Part shown: positions 9,531 to 19,447 of the stretch, one piece after another
Layout: every line of letters starts with the position of its first letter
Numbering within the stretch: position 1 is the first letter of the stretch
Origin: Candidatus Omnitrophota bacterium
GTDB taxonomy: Bacteria > Omnitrophota > Gorgyraeia > Gygaellales > Profunditerraquicolaceae
Length of the DNA: 64,000 nucleotides
Direction: 5' to 3'
NCBI GenBank assembly: GCA_003598025.1
Contig: QZKH01000003.1
Span: 311,218-375,217, forward strand
Position numbers and translations under genes: made by a program
Notes under the pieces: generated by a model
Told to the model about the DNA's origin: nothing
What the model saw: only the letters and a program-made list of their open reading frames with translations
Databases searched by the model: none

Positions 9531-9729
9531 TAGTTTTCAGGTAGTTATTAAGATATTTTGCCAATGAAACTCCTCGGAATAAAGCACGGGGTTTCTTGGA
9601 ACGAAATACTGAGCGCACACTCCATCCGTACCTTGAAAGGTGCGTTTTTGTGGCCGCAAACGAATAAATTTAGAATATTATTTTAACATAAAAAGGCCAA
9701 AAAAAATACATTTTTTTGGGTGGAAGGAT

Positions 9730-10932
9730 CTATGATTTAAGGCCTAAAATCCTCAAATACAGGGTCTCAACATCGCCTAACAGGCGCTCTTTATTAAATC
9801 GTTCAAAAACATATTTGCGGGCAGATGCAATAATAATCTGGCGTAAATTGTCTTGGCGCAGGATAAACTCTATGGCTGATGCCAGGACCTCGGGGCTTGA
9901 TTCCGGCCTGATTAACAACCCCCTTTCCATGACTCTAAAACCATTGCAAGATAAACTCGCTTGGCCGGATAAAGGTCCTCCCAATAAATCACCCACCCCC
10001 CCAACATCTGTTGCGATAACTGCCCTGCCTGATGCCATCGCTTCAATCAAAGAAACAGGCGTACCCTCATTTATTGATGTCAAAACAACCAGGTCTAACT
10101 CTTTATAAATGATACTGAGATCTTCCTGCCAGCCAAGAAAATCAACAAATCTGGATATATCTAGCTGCTCTGCGAGCCTTAAAAGCTGCTCCTTAGACTG
10201 GCCGTCACCAACAATTTTAAACCTTAACTTGTCATTGGATTTAAGTAATACTGCTGCGGCATTAAGGAAAAGCGGATGGTTCTTTATAGGAACCAGCCTG
10301 CCAATTATCCCTATCCTGGGACTAACGCCAGCCTCTTTAGCCTGTATATCAAGAAATCTATCCAACTCGAACCCTAAAGGTATAATTTCTATTTTGCTTC
10401 TATTGCCTATGCCCAGCTCCAGCAGTTCTGCCTTTAAACTTGGGCTTAGGGTGATTATTTTATCCGAAACAGAAGCAAGGATTTTCTCAATCTGGACAAA
10501 TACTTTTGTTACAAAATTACTGAAATACCCGTTAAAGACATGCCCGTGAAAAGTATGGACCATTAATGCCGGCTTTCTATAAAAACGGGCACAATTATAG
10601 ATTACCCCTGCTAGCCTGCCTAATGTGCCAGCCTTAGCAGTATGAGTATGTATTATATCCGGCCTTTCCTTAAAAACGATCCTGATTATTTTTAAAAGAG
10701 CAAAAATATCCCTGATTACGCTGATCTGGCGGGATAACTCTGGCACAAAATACGAACCTTGCCCCTTATCCTCATAACCGGATATCTGAGCCTCACCGTT
10801 TTCAAGGCCGCCATAAACAAGCAAAGATGTAAATTGTTCTTTATTGAGGTATTTTGTCAATAATAAAACGTGTATTGCCGGCCCGCCTATATTCAACCTG
10901 GCAATGATCCTGAGCACTTTTACTTTTTTCAT
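9730..10932 (-). CDS. GT4-family (GT-B) glycosyltransferase
   Basis: 400 aa. The C-terminal EGTPVSLIEAMASGRAVIATDVGG E-x7-E motif is present, along with an N-terminal GT4 domain. Confidence 0.8.
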   Translation of the reverse strand: MKKVKVLRIIARLNIGGPAIHVLLLTKYLNKEQFTSLLVYGGLENGEAQISGYEDKGQGSYFVPELSRQISVIRDIFALLKIIRIVFKERPDIIHTHTAKAGTLGRLAGVIYNCARFYRKPALMVHTFHGHVFNGYFSNFVTKVFVQIEKILASVSDKIITLSPSLKAELLELGIGNRSKIEIIPLGFELDRFLDIQAKEAGVSPRIGIIGRLVPIKNHPLFLNAAAVLLKSNDKLRFKIVGDGQSKEQLLRLAEQLDISRFVDFLGWQEDLSIIYKELDLVVLTSINEGTPVSLIEAMASGRAVIATDVGGVGDLLGGPLSGQASLSCNGFRVMERGLLIRPESSPEVLASAIEFILRQDNLRQIIIASARKYVFERFNKERLLGDVETLYLRILGLKS

Positions 10933-10957
10933 TTAAAGATAAGAAAGGAAGGTGTCT

Positions 10958-11929
10958 TTAAGAAGCTTCTTTTTCTTTAAGATAGACAACGATATCTTTT
11001 ATTATCTGTTTCAGGTTATATGTGGACTTAAAACCGATTAATTTCTCAATCTTGCTGGTATCGGGAACCCTTCTCTGCATATCTTCAAAGCCTTCTTCAT
11101 AAGCCTTCTCATAAGGTATATATGCAATCTTGGAGTTGCTTGCTGTGATATCTATAATCTGGTTAGCGAGGTTTTCTATGCTTACTTCCTCCTGGCTTCC
11201 TATATTAAAAACATCCCCAACGGCCTTTGGTTCATTCATGAGTTTAATTATAGCTCTGACAGCATCTTTAACATGCAGGAAACACCTGGTCTGTTTACCG
11301 TTTCCAAAAATGGTTATAGCCTCATTTTTTAGCGCCTGGGAAACAAAACGCGGCATAACCATGCCATATACTCCCGTCTGCCTCGGCCCTACAGTATTAA
11401 AAAGCCTGACTATCACAGAAGGCAAGCCTTTTTCTTTCCAATAAATATAAGCCAGCATCTCATCGACTGCCTTGGCGGTTGAATACCCCCACCTGCTTTT
11501 TAAAGGAGAGCCCAATATCCTGTCATCGTTTTCTTTTAGCGGGCCATTCTTATTTTTACCGTAAATCTCGGAAGTAGAAGTTATAAGTATTTTCTTCTGG
11601 TAACGGTAAGCCATATCAAGAACTATTTCGCTTCCCTTTATATTAGTCGTCAAAGATTCAAGCGGCCTTTTGACAATAAGCTCAACTCCTACAGCCGCAG
11701 CCAAATGAAAAATAACGTCACAGCGCTCGGCAAGCTTATCTATAAGCCGCTCATTAAGTATGCTGCCGACAACAAAATCAAAATCCGGGTTATTTTTAAA
11801 AGATGCCAAGTTCTCAACCCTGCCGGTTGAAAGGTCATCAAGCACAGTTACTTTACTACCGCCTTTTAAAAGTTCTTCACAAAGATGCGAACCTATAAAT
11901 CCTGCTCCTCCGGTTATTAAAGCTTTCAT
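10958..11929 (-). CDS. NAD-dependent NDP-sugar epimerase/dehydratase
   Basis: MKALITGGAGFIGSHL and YSTAKAVDE (YxxxK) are present. 323 aa extended SDR. Confidence 0.8.
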   Translation of the reverse strand: MKALITGGAGFIGSHLCEELLKGGSKVTVLDDLSTGRVENLASFKNNPDFDFVVGSILNERLIDKLAERCDVIFHLAAAVGVELIVKRPLESLTTNIKGSEIVLDMAYRYQKKILITSTSEIYGKNKNGPLKENDDRILGSPLKSRWGYSTAKAVDEMLAYIYWKEKGLPSVIVRLFNTVGPRQTGVYGMVMPRFVSQALKNEAITIFGNGKQTRCFLHVKDAVRAIIKLMNEPKAVGDVFNIGSQEEVSIENLANQIIDITASNSKIAYIPYEKAYEEGFEDMQRRVPDTSKIEKLIGFKSTYNLKQIIKDIVVYLKEKEAS

Positions 11930-11986
11930 TTATTCCTTTCTGGCTTAGTTTACGCTTATTTGATATTCCATTTTATAATGAATCTG

Positions 11987-13093
11987 TTAATTTTCAACAA
12001 TTTTTACTAATTCTTTACAAATATATTTTACTTGGGACGTCCCCATCTCGGGGTATATAGGAAGGGAAAATACCTCTCTGGATATTTTCTCAGCTGCGGG
12101 GAAATCCCCTCTTTTATACCCAAGCCCCTTATATACTTTTTGCAAATGTATAGGAATAGGATAATGAATAAGTGTATCTACGCCTGCATCTTTTAGGCCC
12201 TGCATGATCTTGTGCCTATCCTTAGACCTTACAGCATAAATATGGTAAACATGTTCTGCCCCATCTATAACTCTGGGGACCACTAAACCTCTGACCCCAT
12301 CAAGCCTTTCGTTGTAAATTTGTGCATATTCCTGCCTTTTTCTGTTCCATTGCTGGAGCCTGGTAAGTTTTACCCTTAATATGGCTGCCTGAATAGTATC
12401 TAAACGGGAATTGTACCCAAGGCTTACGTTTTCATAACGGTTTTTTCTTCCGTATGCCCTAAGCTTCAGCAGTTTGCTATAAATATCCGGCTTGTCGGTT
12501 ATAATCATACCTGCATCTCCAAAAGCGCCAAGGTTCTTGGTAGGATAAAAACTAAAACAACCTATATCCCCGAATGTCCCGGTCATCCGGGTATTCAATC
12601 TGGCTCCGTGGGATTGCGCGCAGTCTTCTATAACATTCAAACCATACTTATCTGCTATTTTGGTTATATCCGGCATCTTAACAGGCTGGCCATAAAGATG
12701 CACCGGCAATATCGCCTTTGTCCTTTTACTAATGGCCGCTTTTATTTTATCAAGATTAATATTGTAACTATCGATGTCCGCATCAACTAATACCGGTTTT
12801 GCCTGGGTATACGTAACAGCAAGGGCTGAAGCAATATAGGTATTTGCCGGCACAATCACTTCATCCCCCTTGCCAACCCCCAGGCTCAATAATCCTAAGA
12901 ACAAAGCATCAGTACCTGAGTTTACTCCCACCCCAAATTTAGAACCGCAAAATTCTGCAAACTCTTTTTCAAATAACCCTACATTATCACCCAGGATAAA
13001 AGAGTCATTCTCCAATACTCTGGATATAGCCGTATCTATCTCATTTTTTAAATCATGGTACTGCCTTCTAAAATCGGCAAAAGGAACTTTCAT
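11987..13093 (-). CDS. DegT/DnrJ/EryC1/StrS-family PLP-dependent sugar aminotransferase
   Basis: 368 aa. SFYPTKNLGAFGDAG carries the PLP-binding Lys. The family fold and length fit. Confidence 0.9.
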   Translation of the reverse strand: MKVPFADFRRQYHDLKNEIDTAISRVLENDSFILGDNVGLFEKEFAEFCGSKFGVGVNSGTDALFLGLLSLGVGKGDEVIVPANTYIASALAVTYTQAKPVLVDADIDSYNINLDKIKAAISKRTKAILPVHLYGQPVKMPDITKIADKYGLNVIEDCAQSHGARLNTRMTGTFGDIGCFSFYPTKNLGAFGDAGMIITDKPDIYSKLLKLRAYGRKNRYENVSLGYNSRLDTIQAAILRVKLTRLQQWNRKRQEYAQIYNERLDGVRGLVVPRVIDGAEHVYHIYAVRSKDRHKIMQGLKDAGVDTLIHYPIPIHLQKVYKGLGYKRGDFPAAEKISREVFSLPIYPEMGTSQVKYICKELVKIVEN

Positions 13094-13102
13094 CTCTCAA
13101 CC

Positions 13103-13720
13103 TTATCCTTTTCTTATAAAGTGGCCAAGCAACAGGCTTCTTGATTTTACTTTATCCCAATACGGCGAATCTGCAATTAATATCAAAAGAAGGGTTAAAA
13201 AATCGATTTTTAGAATCAAATTAAAAATATTTATCTGCCTTCCTGATAACAATGCTAATAAAAGATAGACGACCATAATTACAGAAAGAAAAATAAAAAG
13301 TTTTATCGGCGGAAAAGATAAGTCCGGCGTGAATATTTTTTTTACCAGCCTTGCCAATAGCGACGCATCAATCAAACTGATTAAATCTGAATTGCGATTC
13401 GTTGACTTGTCATTTAAGAAAATATTATTTATGTTATTTTTGGAAGTCAACCTGTTTAAAACCCCCATGTGCAATAATCCTGCCGGTAAACATAGCGTTT
13501 TGATTATGGCATTAATCACTAAGCTACTTTCGATTGTTTTACTCAAAAAACACCAATATTTTAAAAATATGCTGTTTTCTCTCCATAAAGAAACAGCAAC
13601 GCCCAGTTTAGTCACCATCATCATTATGCATTTCTTTAAACAATTATAAGCTAAACTGTTAATAAAAAACGATAAAATCAGGCTATTTCTTAAACTGTTA
13701 TTAAATAAATTCATATTCAT
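13103..13720 (-). CDS. hypothetical membrane protein
   Basis: 205 aa ORF in the operon frame with a C-terminal TM segment and no recognisable motifs. Coding status is uncertain. Confidence 0.3.
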   Translation of the reverse strand: MNMNLFNNSLRNSLILSFFINSLAYNCLKKCIMMMVTKLGVAVSLWRENSIFLKYWCFLSKTIESSLVINAIIKTLCLPAGLLHMGVLNRLTSKNNINNIFLNDKSTNRNSDLISLIDASLLARLVKKIFTPDLSFPPIKLFIFLSVIMVVYLLLALLSGRQINIFNLILKIDFLTLLLILIADSPYWDKVKSRSLLLGHFIRKG

Positions 13721-14262
13721 TATTTCTGTATTTCCAGGATTTCTCCATTGATATCATACTTATCTGTTTTAAAAAGAAATTGCCCTCCTATCTTAAGCGG
13801 GACATTATTGTAATAAACCCTGTTGCCCTCCCTGGATACCCTTAAAGATATTTTTACTATTATACTTTTCAATTCAGGATGCTCGGATACCACGGAATTA
13901 GTTATTAAATATACAGGCCTGACAGAGATTATCTCCTTAATTTCAACACCAGGATCATCTTCTTTTTTATCGCCGACAGCGATAGCATTAGCCAGCCATT
14001 CCGAATATCCCGGGAACTTTATTATAAGCGAGATCTGTTCAAGATTAGACCTTACTTCCTTATTCTCGGCTTCCTGGGAAACGACTATCACTGAAGTAAC
14101 GGCTTTATCGATATCGCTTCTCTGGGCAGAATGCTCCAATTTTTTTAAATAAGATTTTTTTATGAAAAAGGAAGAAGAAATATAAACTATCAGAATCAGG
14201 ATAAGTAAATCAATAATGTTAATCTTGCCGAATAAATTTCCTTTATCGTCGATAAGCTTCAT
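13720..14262 (-). CDS. hypothetical N-terminally membrane-anchored protein
   Basis: 180 aa with a single N-terminal TM helix (LLILILIVYISSSFF). It overlaps the downstream gene start by 1 nt. Confidence 0.4.
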   Translation of the reverse strand: MKLIDDKGNLFGKINIIDLLILILIVYISSSFFIKKSYLKKLEHSAQRSDIDKAVTSVIVVSQEAENKEVRSNLEQISLIIKFPGYSEWLANAIAVGDKKEDDPGVEIKEIISVRPVYLITNSVVSEHPELKSIIVKISLRVSREGNRVYYNNVPLKIGGQFLFKTDKYDINGEILEIQK

Positions 14263-14289
14263 TTGGCTTGCCTCCTTTTGGCCGAAGTT

Positions 14290-16158
14290 TTAAATCCATC
14301 CTTTGAACCAATAATATACGATTGCCGAATACTCATGTATAAAAGCTTTTATTTGAGCCAAATTTACCTGCTGCAAGGTATTTTCTGCCGGGTTGTTTAT
14401 CCTGCGCATATAAAAAATACTTGAAGGAACCGGACAATAAGTAAAATTAATATTGCCTGCCAGTTTCTTACTTACAAGATAAAGCCTGCGCATATGGTAT
14501 GGCGAGCTGACTACTATAATATTCGACATTTTATTCTCACTCAAGAGCTTTTTAATATTAGTCACGTGTTCATATGTATTTTTGGAAGCGCTCTCAAGGA
14601 TTATCGCTTCCTCAGGCACTCCTAAAGAAATAGCTAATGCTTTCATAACAAGCGGTTCATTAAAGATATAAACAAAACCGGATGAAAAAACTAAATGATC
14701 TGCATAGCCCTGTTTATATAGCTCAATTGCATATTTCACCCTCTCTTCATAACTGTATCCTGCCAGGCCGGTTTCCCCAACCCCGCCTGCTAAAACTACT
14801 ATGGCGTCAGATTTAACCGGGGCTTCAGAGATCTTCAATGGATCAGCCAAGAACCACATCAAAGGTGTGTAAAAAATTAGGATATAAAGTGCTCCGGACA
14901 ATAAAGCTGACTTTATAAAATTCCTTTTTGTGCGATTATATATCTTTAAGAAATTATCTTTCCAGTCATGCCTTTTCTTATCTGCCTCATCTATGGCAAC
15001 GCTGATTAAAGCAGTCATCTGGTTTATTCTCTGCTTCCAGCTGTTTTTCTTAGCCACGGCGATCCTTTTATTGAAATCTGCCTGAGAATTTACCGCAATG
15101 GCAGATTTTATCTTATCACAAAAATCTTCCGGTTTATTTGCGACAAAAATAATATTATCATTTTCTTTATTAAAGTACCTTACTTCGGGGATGTCTGTAG
15201 AAATAACTGCCTTACCCATAGCCATATATTCATTTAATTTAGTGGGATACACGTTCTTAGTATACTCTGTCAATAGATAAGGTATTATACAAGCGTCAAA
15301 ACAGTTTATATATGCGGGCAGGCTCTTGTGGTCCTTTTTCCCGAGAAAATAAATATTTCTGATATTACTCAACTCCTGAAGGTCAGTCTGCGCAGGCCCG
15401 ATAAATACAAAGGAATATTCAGGCATTAAAAGAGCTGCCTGCTTTATTAACTTCAGGTCAAGCCAACGGTGCAGGCCGCCTACATAACCTACTATAGGAT
15501 GTTTAATCTGCCTCAGATCATCCGGCACATTCAAAACCCCGGACCTGGCCTTTTCGAAATATTCGTAATCTACCGCAAAAGGAAAAAGATAAACTTTCTT
15601 ATTAAATTGCAGCGAGTAGTTATAAAGTTCATGTGATGTAACAAAAACAAGATCTGCATTTTTTAACAGGTTAATCTCAGAATCAACGATTTTTTTTGCA
15701 AATTTGGAACTGACCCTGAAATTGTCAATACAGTAATAAACCACGATTTTGTAATTAAAATTATTAACGATCTTCATTGTAAGCGGCGTGGGCAAGAAAA
15801 CCCAGATAATCGGGTCAGAAAAATCCATGGCCTTTACCCACTTATTTAATACTGACATAACTATGCGGCTATTGATGAAATTTGCGATTTTCAGGTATGG
15901 AAACGGCAATACTAAAGGAGAATATATGTATAGGTTATTATCCTGCTTACGTATACCGCCAATTCCGGAAAACCAGTTTTTTATCCTTTTTTTTATCCTT
16001 CCGAAATCCCTCACTCCGGGAGAGCGGGCTCCGGTATTTTCAATAAAAAGGACACGGTTATCATTCTTAGCAAGGTTAGACATTATCTCCTGGTGCCCCT
16101 GCCAGATAAAATCCCAATCAATGGAAGATATGCATATTATATTTCTATTCTTTAACAT
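14290..16158 (-). CDS. GT-B glycosyltransferase fused to a C-terminal DUF218 (YdcF/ElyC-like) domain
   Basis: The N-terminal ~390 aa contain PTKLNEYMAMGKAVISTDIPE, a GT4-like motif. A TM segment follows. The C-terminal ~190 aa contain AIVVLAGGVGE...SSGF...IIVVSSPYHMRR, typical of DUF218. Confidence 0.65.
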   Translation of the reverse strand: MLKNRNIICISSIDWDFIWQGHQEIMSNLAKNDNRVLFIENTGARSPGVRDFGRIKKRIKNWFSGIGGIRKQDNNLYIYSPLVLPFPYLKIANFINSRIVMSVLNKWVKAMDFSDPIIWVFLPTPLTMKIVNNFNYKIVVYYCIDNFRVSSKFAKKIVDSEINLLKNADLVFVTSHELYNYSLQFNKKVYLFPFAVDYEYFEKARSGVLNVPDDLRQIKHPIVGYVGGLHRWLDLKLIKQAALLMPEYSFVFIGPAQTDLQELSNIRNIYFLGKKDHKSLPAYINCFDACIIPYLLTEYTKNVYPTKLNEYMAMGKAVISTDIPEVRYFNKENDNIIFVANKPEDFCDKIKSAIAVNSQADFNKRIAVAKKNSWKQRINQMTALISVAIDEADKKRHDWKDNFLKIYNRTKRNFIKSALLSGALYILIFYTPLMWFLADPLKISEAPVKSDAIVVLAGGVGETGLAGYSYEERVKYAIELYKQGYADHLVFSSGFVYIFNEPLVMKALAISLGVPEEAIILESASKNTYEHVTNIKKLLSENKMSNIIVVSSPYHMRRLYLVSKKLAGNINFTYCPVPSSIFYMRRINNPAENTLQQVNLAQIKAFIHEYSAIVYYWFKGWI

Positions 16159-16995
16159 TTATATTCTTCTTCCCCAGGTTACCCATCCTGCTAACCCTTT
16201 GAGCTTAGTTATATTGATATCAGAAAACCCGCATCCTCTAAGAAGGTCTGTTAGCTGGCTTCTGCTGTACCTGTGTTCGATCGGAGCAGCAAAACGGTCA
16301 TAAATATCTCCGGCAACAGAAAATAGATGCGTCCCAAAATTAAACGGCATATTGCCTGACAGCTTCCTGGTCAGACTGAACCTCCTCATTACCTTTGCAG
16401 GGTAAGAAAAGAATAAAACAACAAAAGGAGATGCGATGTATGATAAAATCAATAAAATCTTGGAAGGGACCTTAAGCGTAAACACCCTTATCAGGCTGAC
16501 AAATTTAACAGCTGAATATTTTATCGGGTTATCCGAATGATCCTCGTATAAATACAAAAAAACATGGGCTTCTTTTTTTATAACCCGCGCGATCTCTCTA
16601 AGCGACTTTTCAGGGTCTATAGTATGGTGCAACACCCCGAAGGAATATGCAAAATCAAAGATCTCATCCTTAAACGGTAAATTGATTGCTGATGCCTTTA
16701 CCAGCTTCACATTTGGCAGACCTTTGCATAGGTCTTTTGTCTCATAAATCCCATCGCTTAATTCCAGGCTGCAAATCATTACGGACTTATTGGCTTTAGC
16801 CATTGATAAGGTATCACAACCGCAGCCTGACCCAACCTCAAGCCCCCTGCAGCCCCTGATAATCTGCTCGGGTATTACCTCCTGCATCCTCTCATAGTGG
16901 GATTTTGCCAATAAACCATCTTTATCAGCCTTTCTCCACAAATATGAGTAAACCGAGCTTGTTTTCTTTTCCTTATCCGACTCCGCCATATTCAC
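16159..16995 (-). CDS. class I SAM-dependent methyltransferase
   Basis: LEVGSGCGCDT is motif I, and FGVLHH is a Methyltransf_11-like post-I region. It is a paralog of the methyltransferase domain at 27939..29018. Confidence 0.8.
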   Translation of the reverse strand: MNMAESDKEKKTSSVYSYLWRKADKDGLLAKSHYERMQEVIPEQIIRGCRGLEVGSGCGCDTLSMAKANKSVMICSLELSDGIYETKDLCKGLPNVKLVKASAINLPFKDEIFDFAYSFGVLHHTIDPEKSLREIARVIKKEAHVFLYLYEDHSDNPIKYSAVKFVSLIRVFTLKVPSKILLILSYIASPFVVLFFSYPAKVMRRFSLTRKLSGNMPFNFGTHLFSVAGDIYDRFAAPIEHRYSRSQLTDLLRGCGFSDINITKLKGLAGWVTWGRRI

Positions 16996-17059
16996 TTGAC
17001 CTTACCGTTGTTTAAATATAAGTATTTTAGTACGGAAATATAATTAATGCACCTGATTT

Positions 17060-18469
17060 CTATCGGTTCCTCTTAAAAATATTGAGAACAGCCGTCTTTG
17101 ACATATTAAGAAACTCCAAAACCAGCATCTTTGCCTCAAACACCGTCTTTAGTTTTGTTATCCTGTCAAATATGTATTCTGGCCTCAAATAGAACCTCCT
17201 GAAGGCAATATCCCTTAATTCTCTCAATCTCTGATAGGGTATACTGCCGGTCTCAATTACGGGGCTAAAAGAACCGTCGAAACTGCCGTCATCTGAGTTG
17301 AGCCAGTCATTCTCCAGACATTCTTTACGCAATTCTGTCCCAACTATGGGAATGGCAAAATTAAACGAAGCATAATCACATCTAAGCTTGATTGCAAAAT
17401 CAATTGTATTTATAATATCTTCTTCGCTTTCACCGGGTATTCCTATAATAAAATATCCTATAGTCTTTATACCATGCTTATGAGCTAACCTGAAAGCCTG
17501 CTCTATGGTCTCAATCTTCATATTTTTTGAATAACGGTCCAATATCATCTGGTTTGCAGATTCTACTCCGATATGTATAGCATGGCAACCTGCGCGCTTC
17601 ATGGAAACCATGCGTTCCTCATCTATTGAATCAGCCCTCATATCACATACCCATCCGAGCTTTATCTTATTTTCTATGATATTCTGGCAAAGCGCCAAAG
17701 CGTGTTTCTTTACGCTTCCAAATGAAACATCCCTGAAAAAAACTTCCCTTATCCCTAATTTCTCTACATACCTTAATTCATCGGTTATGTTATCCACATC
17801 TCTCATAATATACGGTATATTGGAAGAAACACAGAAAGCGCATTTACCTACACACCCATAGCTTGATATCACGCTGGTCAGCGGGATCCTCCTCCCATGG
17901 CTCAGCCTGTATTTGGAAAAGTCAAGCTGTTCATGCCTTGGGACAGGATAACTAAAATAACCTGTAGAATACTTTGTCTTCCCGCAAATTACCACGTCAT
18001 TCTTCCTGACAGCTAAATTGTTTAATTCTGACGTATCATTTTTCAGAAATCCTAATATGTCATCGCTGGTAAAATTTAATAATACTGCGTCCAAAAAAAC
18101 ATTATCCTGCATCTCCTGAACAGGGTTATTCCGCAAAAATCCGCCTTCCCCGATTATAAGCATGTCTCTAAATGAATTCTTTACTTTATAGGCAAATCCC
18201 AAGTCGTTACACTTGCTTGACGACCCGGCCATAAATATTAAAGCATACGGAGCGGCCTTTTTAATAATCTCCATCGTTTGATCGTTAGTAAGCCTTAACG
18301 CATTGGCGTCAATTATACTAATGTCAAATTCTTTAGAAAGTATCCCGCTTAGGACAAGAAGGTCAACCTGAGGCCAGCAATATAGCCCTTTTGAAACTGT
18401 GCTACTATACATATCGCGCATGTTTAAAGTAGGTGCCGGAGGATTCAATAAGACTATTTTTTCTTTCAT
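17060..18469 (-). CDS. B12-binding radical SAM enzyme (class B)
   Basis: 469 aa. There is an N-terminal cobalamin-binding-like domain, then the SYGCVGKCAFC CxxxCxxC cluster and a radical SAM core. Confidence 0.85.
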   Translation of the reverse strand: MKEKIVLLNPPAPTLNMRDMYSSTVSKGLYCWPQVDLLVLSGILSKEFDISIIDANALRLTNDQTMEIIKKAAPYALIFMAGSSSKCNDLGFAYKVKNSFRDMLIIGEGGFLRNNPVQEMQDNVFLDAVLLNFTSDDILGFLKNDTSELNNLAVRKNDVVICGKTKYSTGYFSYPVPRHEQLDFSKYRLSHGRRIPLTSVISSYGCVGKCAFCVSSNIPYIMRDVDNITDELRYVEKLGIREVFFRDVSFGSVKKHALALCQNIIENKIKLGWVCDMRADSIDEERMVSMKRAGCHAIHIGVESANQMILDRYSKNMKIETIEQAFRLAHKHGIKTIGYFIIGIPGESEEDIINTIDFAIKLRCDYASFNFAIPIVGTELRKECLENDWLNSDDGSFDGSFSPVIETGSIPYQRLRELRDIAFRRFYLRPEYIFDRITKLKTVFEAKMLVLEFLNMSKTAVLNIFKRNR

Positions 18470-19446
18470 GTAATCAGGCCTTTTGATTTAATGCAGCTTA
18501 TAAGGTCGGTTATAGTAGTATCGAGGCTTAAGTAATCCATTTTTAGCAAGCTTCTTGATTTAGAGTTATCACAGAAGTTATTTTCTCTGACCATATTAAC
18601 CTTGGCTACTGTAACCGGCGGGTTAATTTTAGTGATCTTAGCTGATTTTTCGGCAAAAAAAGCCAATGCTAATGCTGCAGGATATGGCAATTCCAGCAGC
18701 ATTTTCTTGTTTTTTGAAATATCGGCGACTTTAATTAAGAAATCGCGCAAAGTAATATTTACATTACCCAATATATACCTCTGCCGGGGAAGACCCAGAT
18801 TAATGGCTTTCAGGATTCCCATGGCAACATCCCGCACATCTACAAGGTTAAAGTTACCGTTAATAAAAAGAAAAACCAGCCTGCTTTTTAAATAATCCGC
18901 GGTTACCTTGTTTATCCCCGCCTGTATAGAATGGAATGGCCCGATTACAGAAGTAGGGTTGACTATGGTTATAGGCAACCCACGGCCGCTATAATCAATA
19001 GCCAATTTCTCAGCTAATAATTTAGAGCGGACATACCCATCGCATGAATGAGAAGAAAAATACTGGCTGCTTTCGTCAATGAGCTGGCCTTTGCCTTGCC
19101 CTGACAAAGTCGCTCTCGTGCTTACATAAATAACTTTCTTAAAGCTTAAAGATAAAGCAGAATCCAACAAATTCTTTGTTCCTAAGAAATTTATTGTGTT
19201 ATAGCTATCTTCATTTATGACCCAGGGAGCGCTTACGGCAGCAAGATGCACAAGCGTGTCACAGCCGGACATGCATTTTTCCAAAGAGCGTCTGTCTCTT
19301 ATATCTCCACGGACAACTTCGAACGGACAACCAGACAAAACCGATCCCTCCCTAAGAAGGACCCTTGCGTCCAAATTATTATTCTTAAGCAATACAATAA
19401 AATGCCTGCCGATAAAACCAGTAGCCCCAGTGACAAAAATCTTCAT
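18466..19446 (-). CDS. NAD(P)-dependent epimerase/dehydratase-family oxidoreductase
   Basis: MKIFVTGATGFIGRHF and YVRSK (YxxxK) are present. It has a 4-nt overlap with the upstream radical SAM gene. Confidence 0.7.
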   Translation of the reverse strand: MKIFVTGATGFIGRHFIVLLKNNNLDARVLLREGSVLSGCPFEVVRGDIRDRRSLEKCMSGCDTLVHLAAVSAPWVINEDSYNTINFLGTKNLLDSALSLSFKKVIYVSTRATLSGQGKGQLIDESSQYFSSHSCDGYVRSKLLAEKLAIDYSGRGLPITIVNPTSVIGPFHSIQAGINKVTADYLKSRLVFLFINGNFNLVDVRDVAMGILKAINLGLPRQRYILGNVNITLRDFLIKVADISKNKKMLLELPYPAALALAFFAEKSAKITKINPPVTVAKVNMVRENNFCDNSKSRSLLKMDYLSLDTTITDLISCIKSKGLIT

Positions 19447-19447
19447 G

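Noticed and set aside
9612-9719. Two hairpin-like elements read as intrinsic terminators: GCGCAC-18 nt-GUGCGU followed by TTTTTG on the plus strand, and the CCAAAAAAA/TTTTTTTGG hairpin.
   Set aside because: The first is oriented for plus-strand transcripts, and there are no plus-strand genes. The second is almost entirely A-U and has no 3' U-tract in the minus-strand reading. Neither fits a rho-independent terminator for the actual genes.
11987-13093. DegT-family aminotransferase as the 2-aminoethylphosphonate (AEP) transaminase of the phosphonate pathway.
   Set aside because: AEP transaminases (PhnW, AepZ) are class V / AGT-type and sit next to ppd. This enzyme has the DegT/StrS sugar-aminotransferase signature and lies 40 kb away among NDP-sugar genes. 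An Fe-ADH, not a transaminase, follows ppd. HEP rather than AEP is therefore the likely product.
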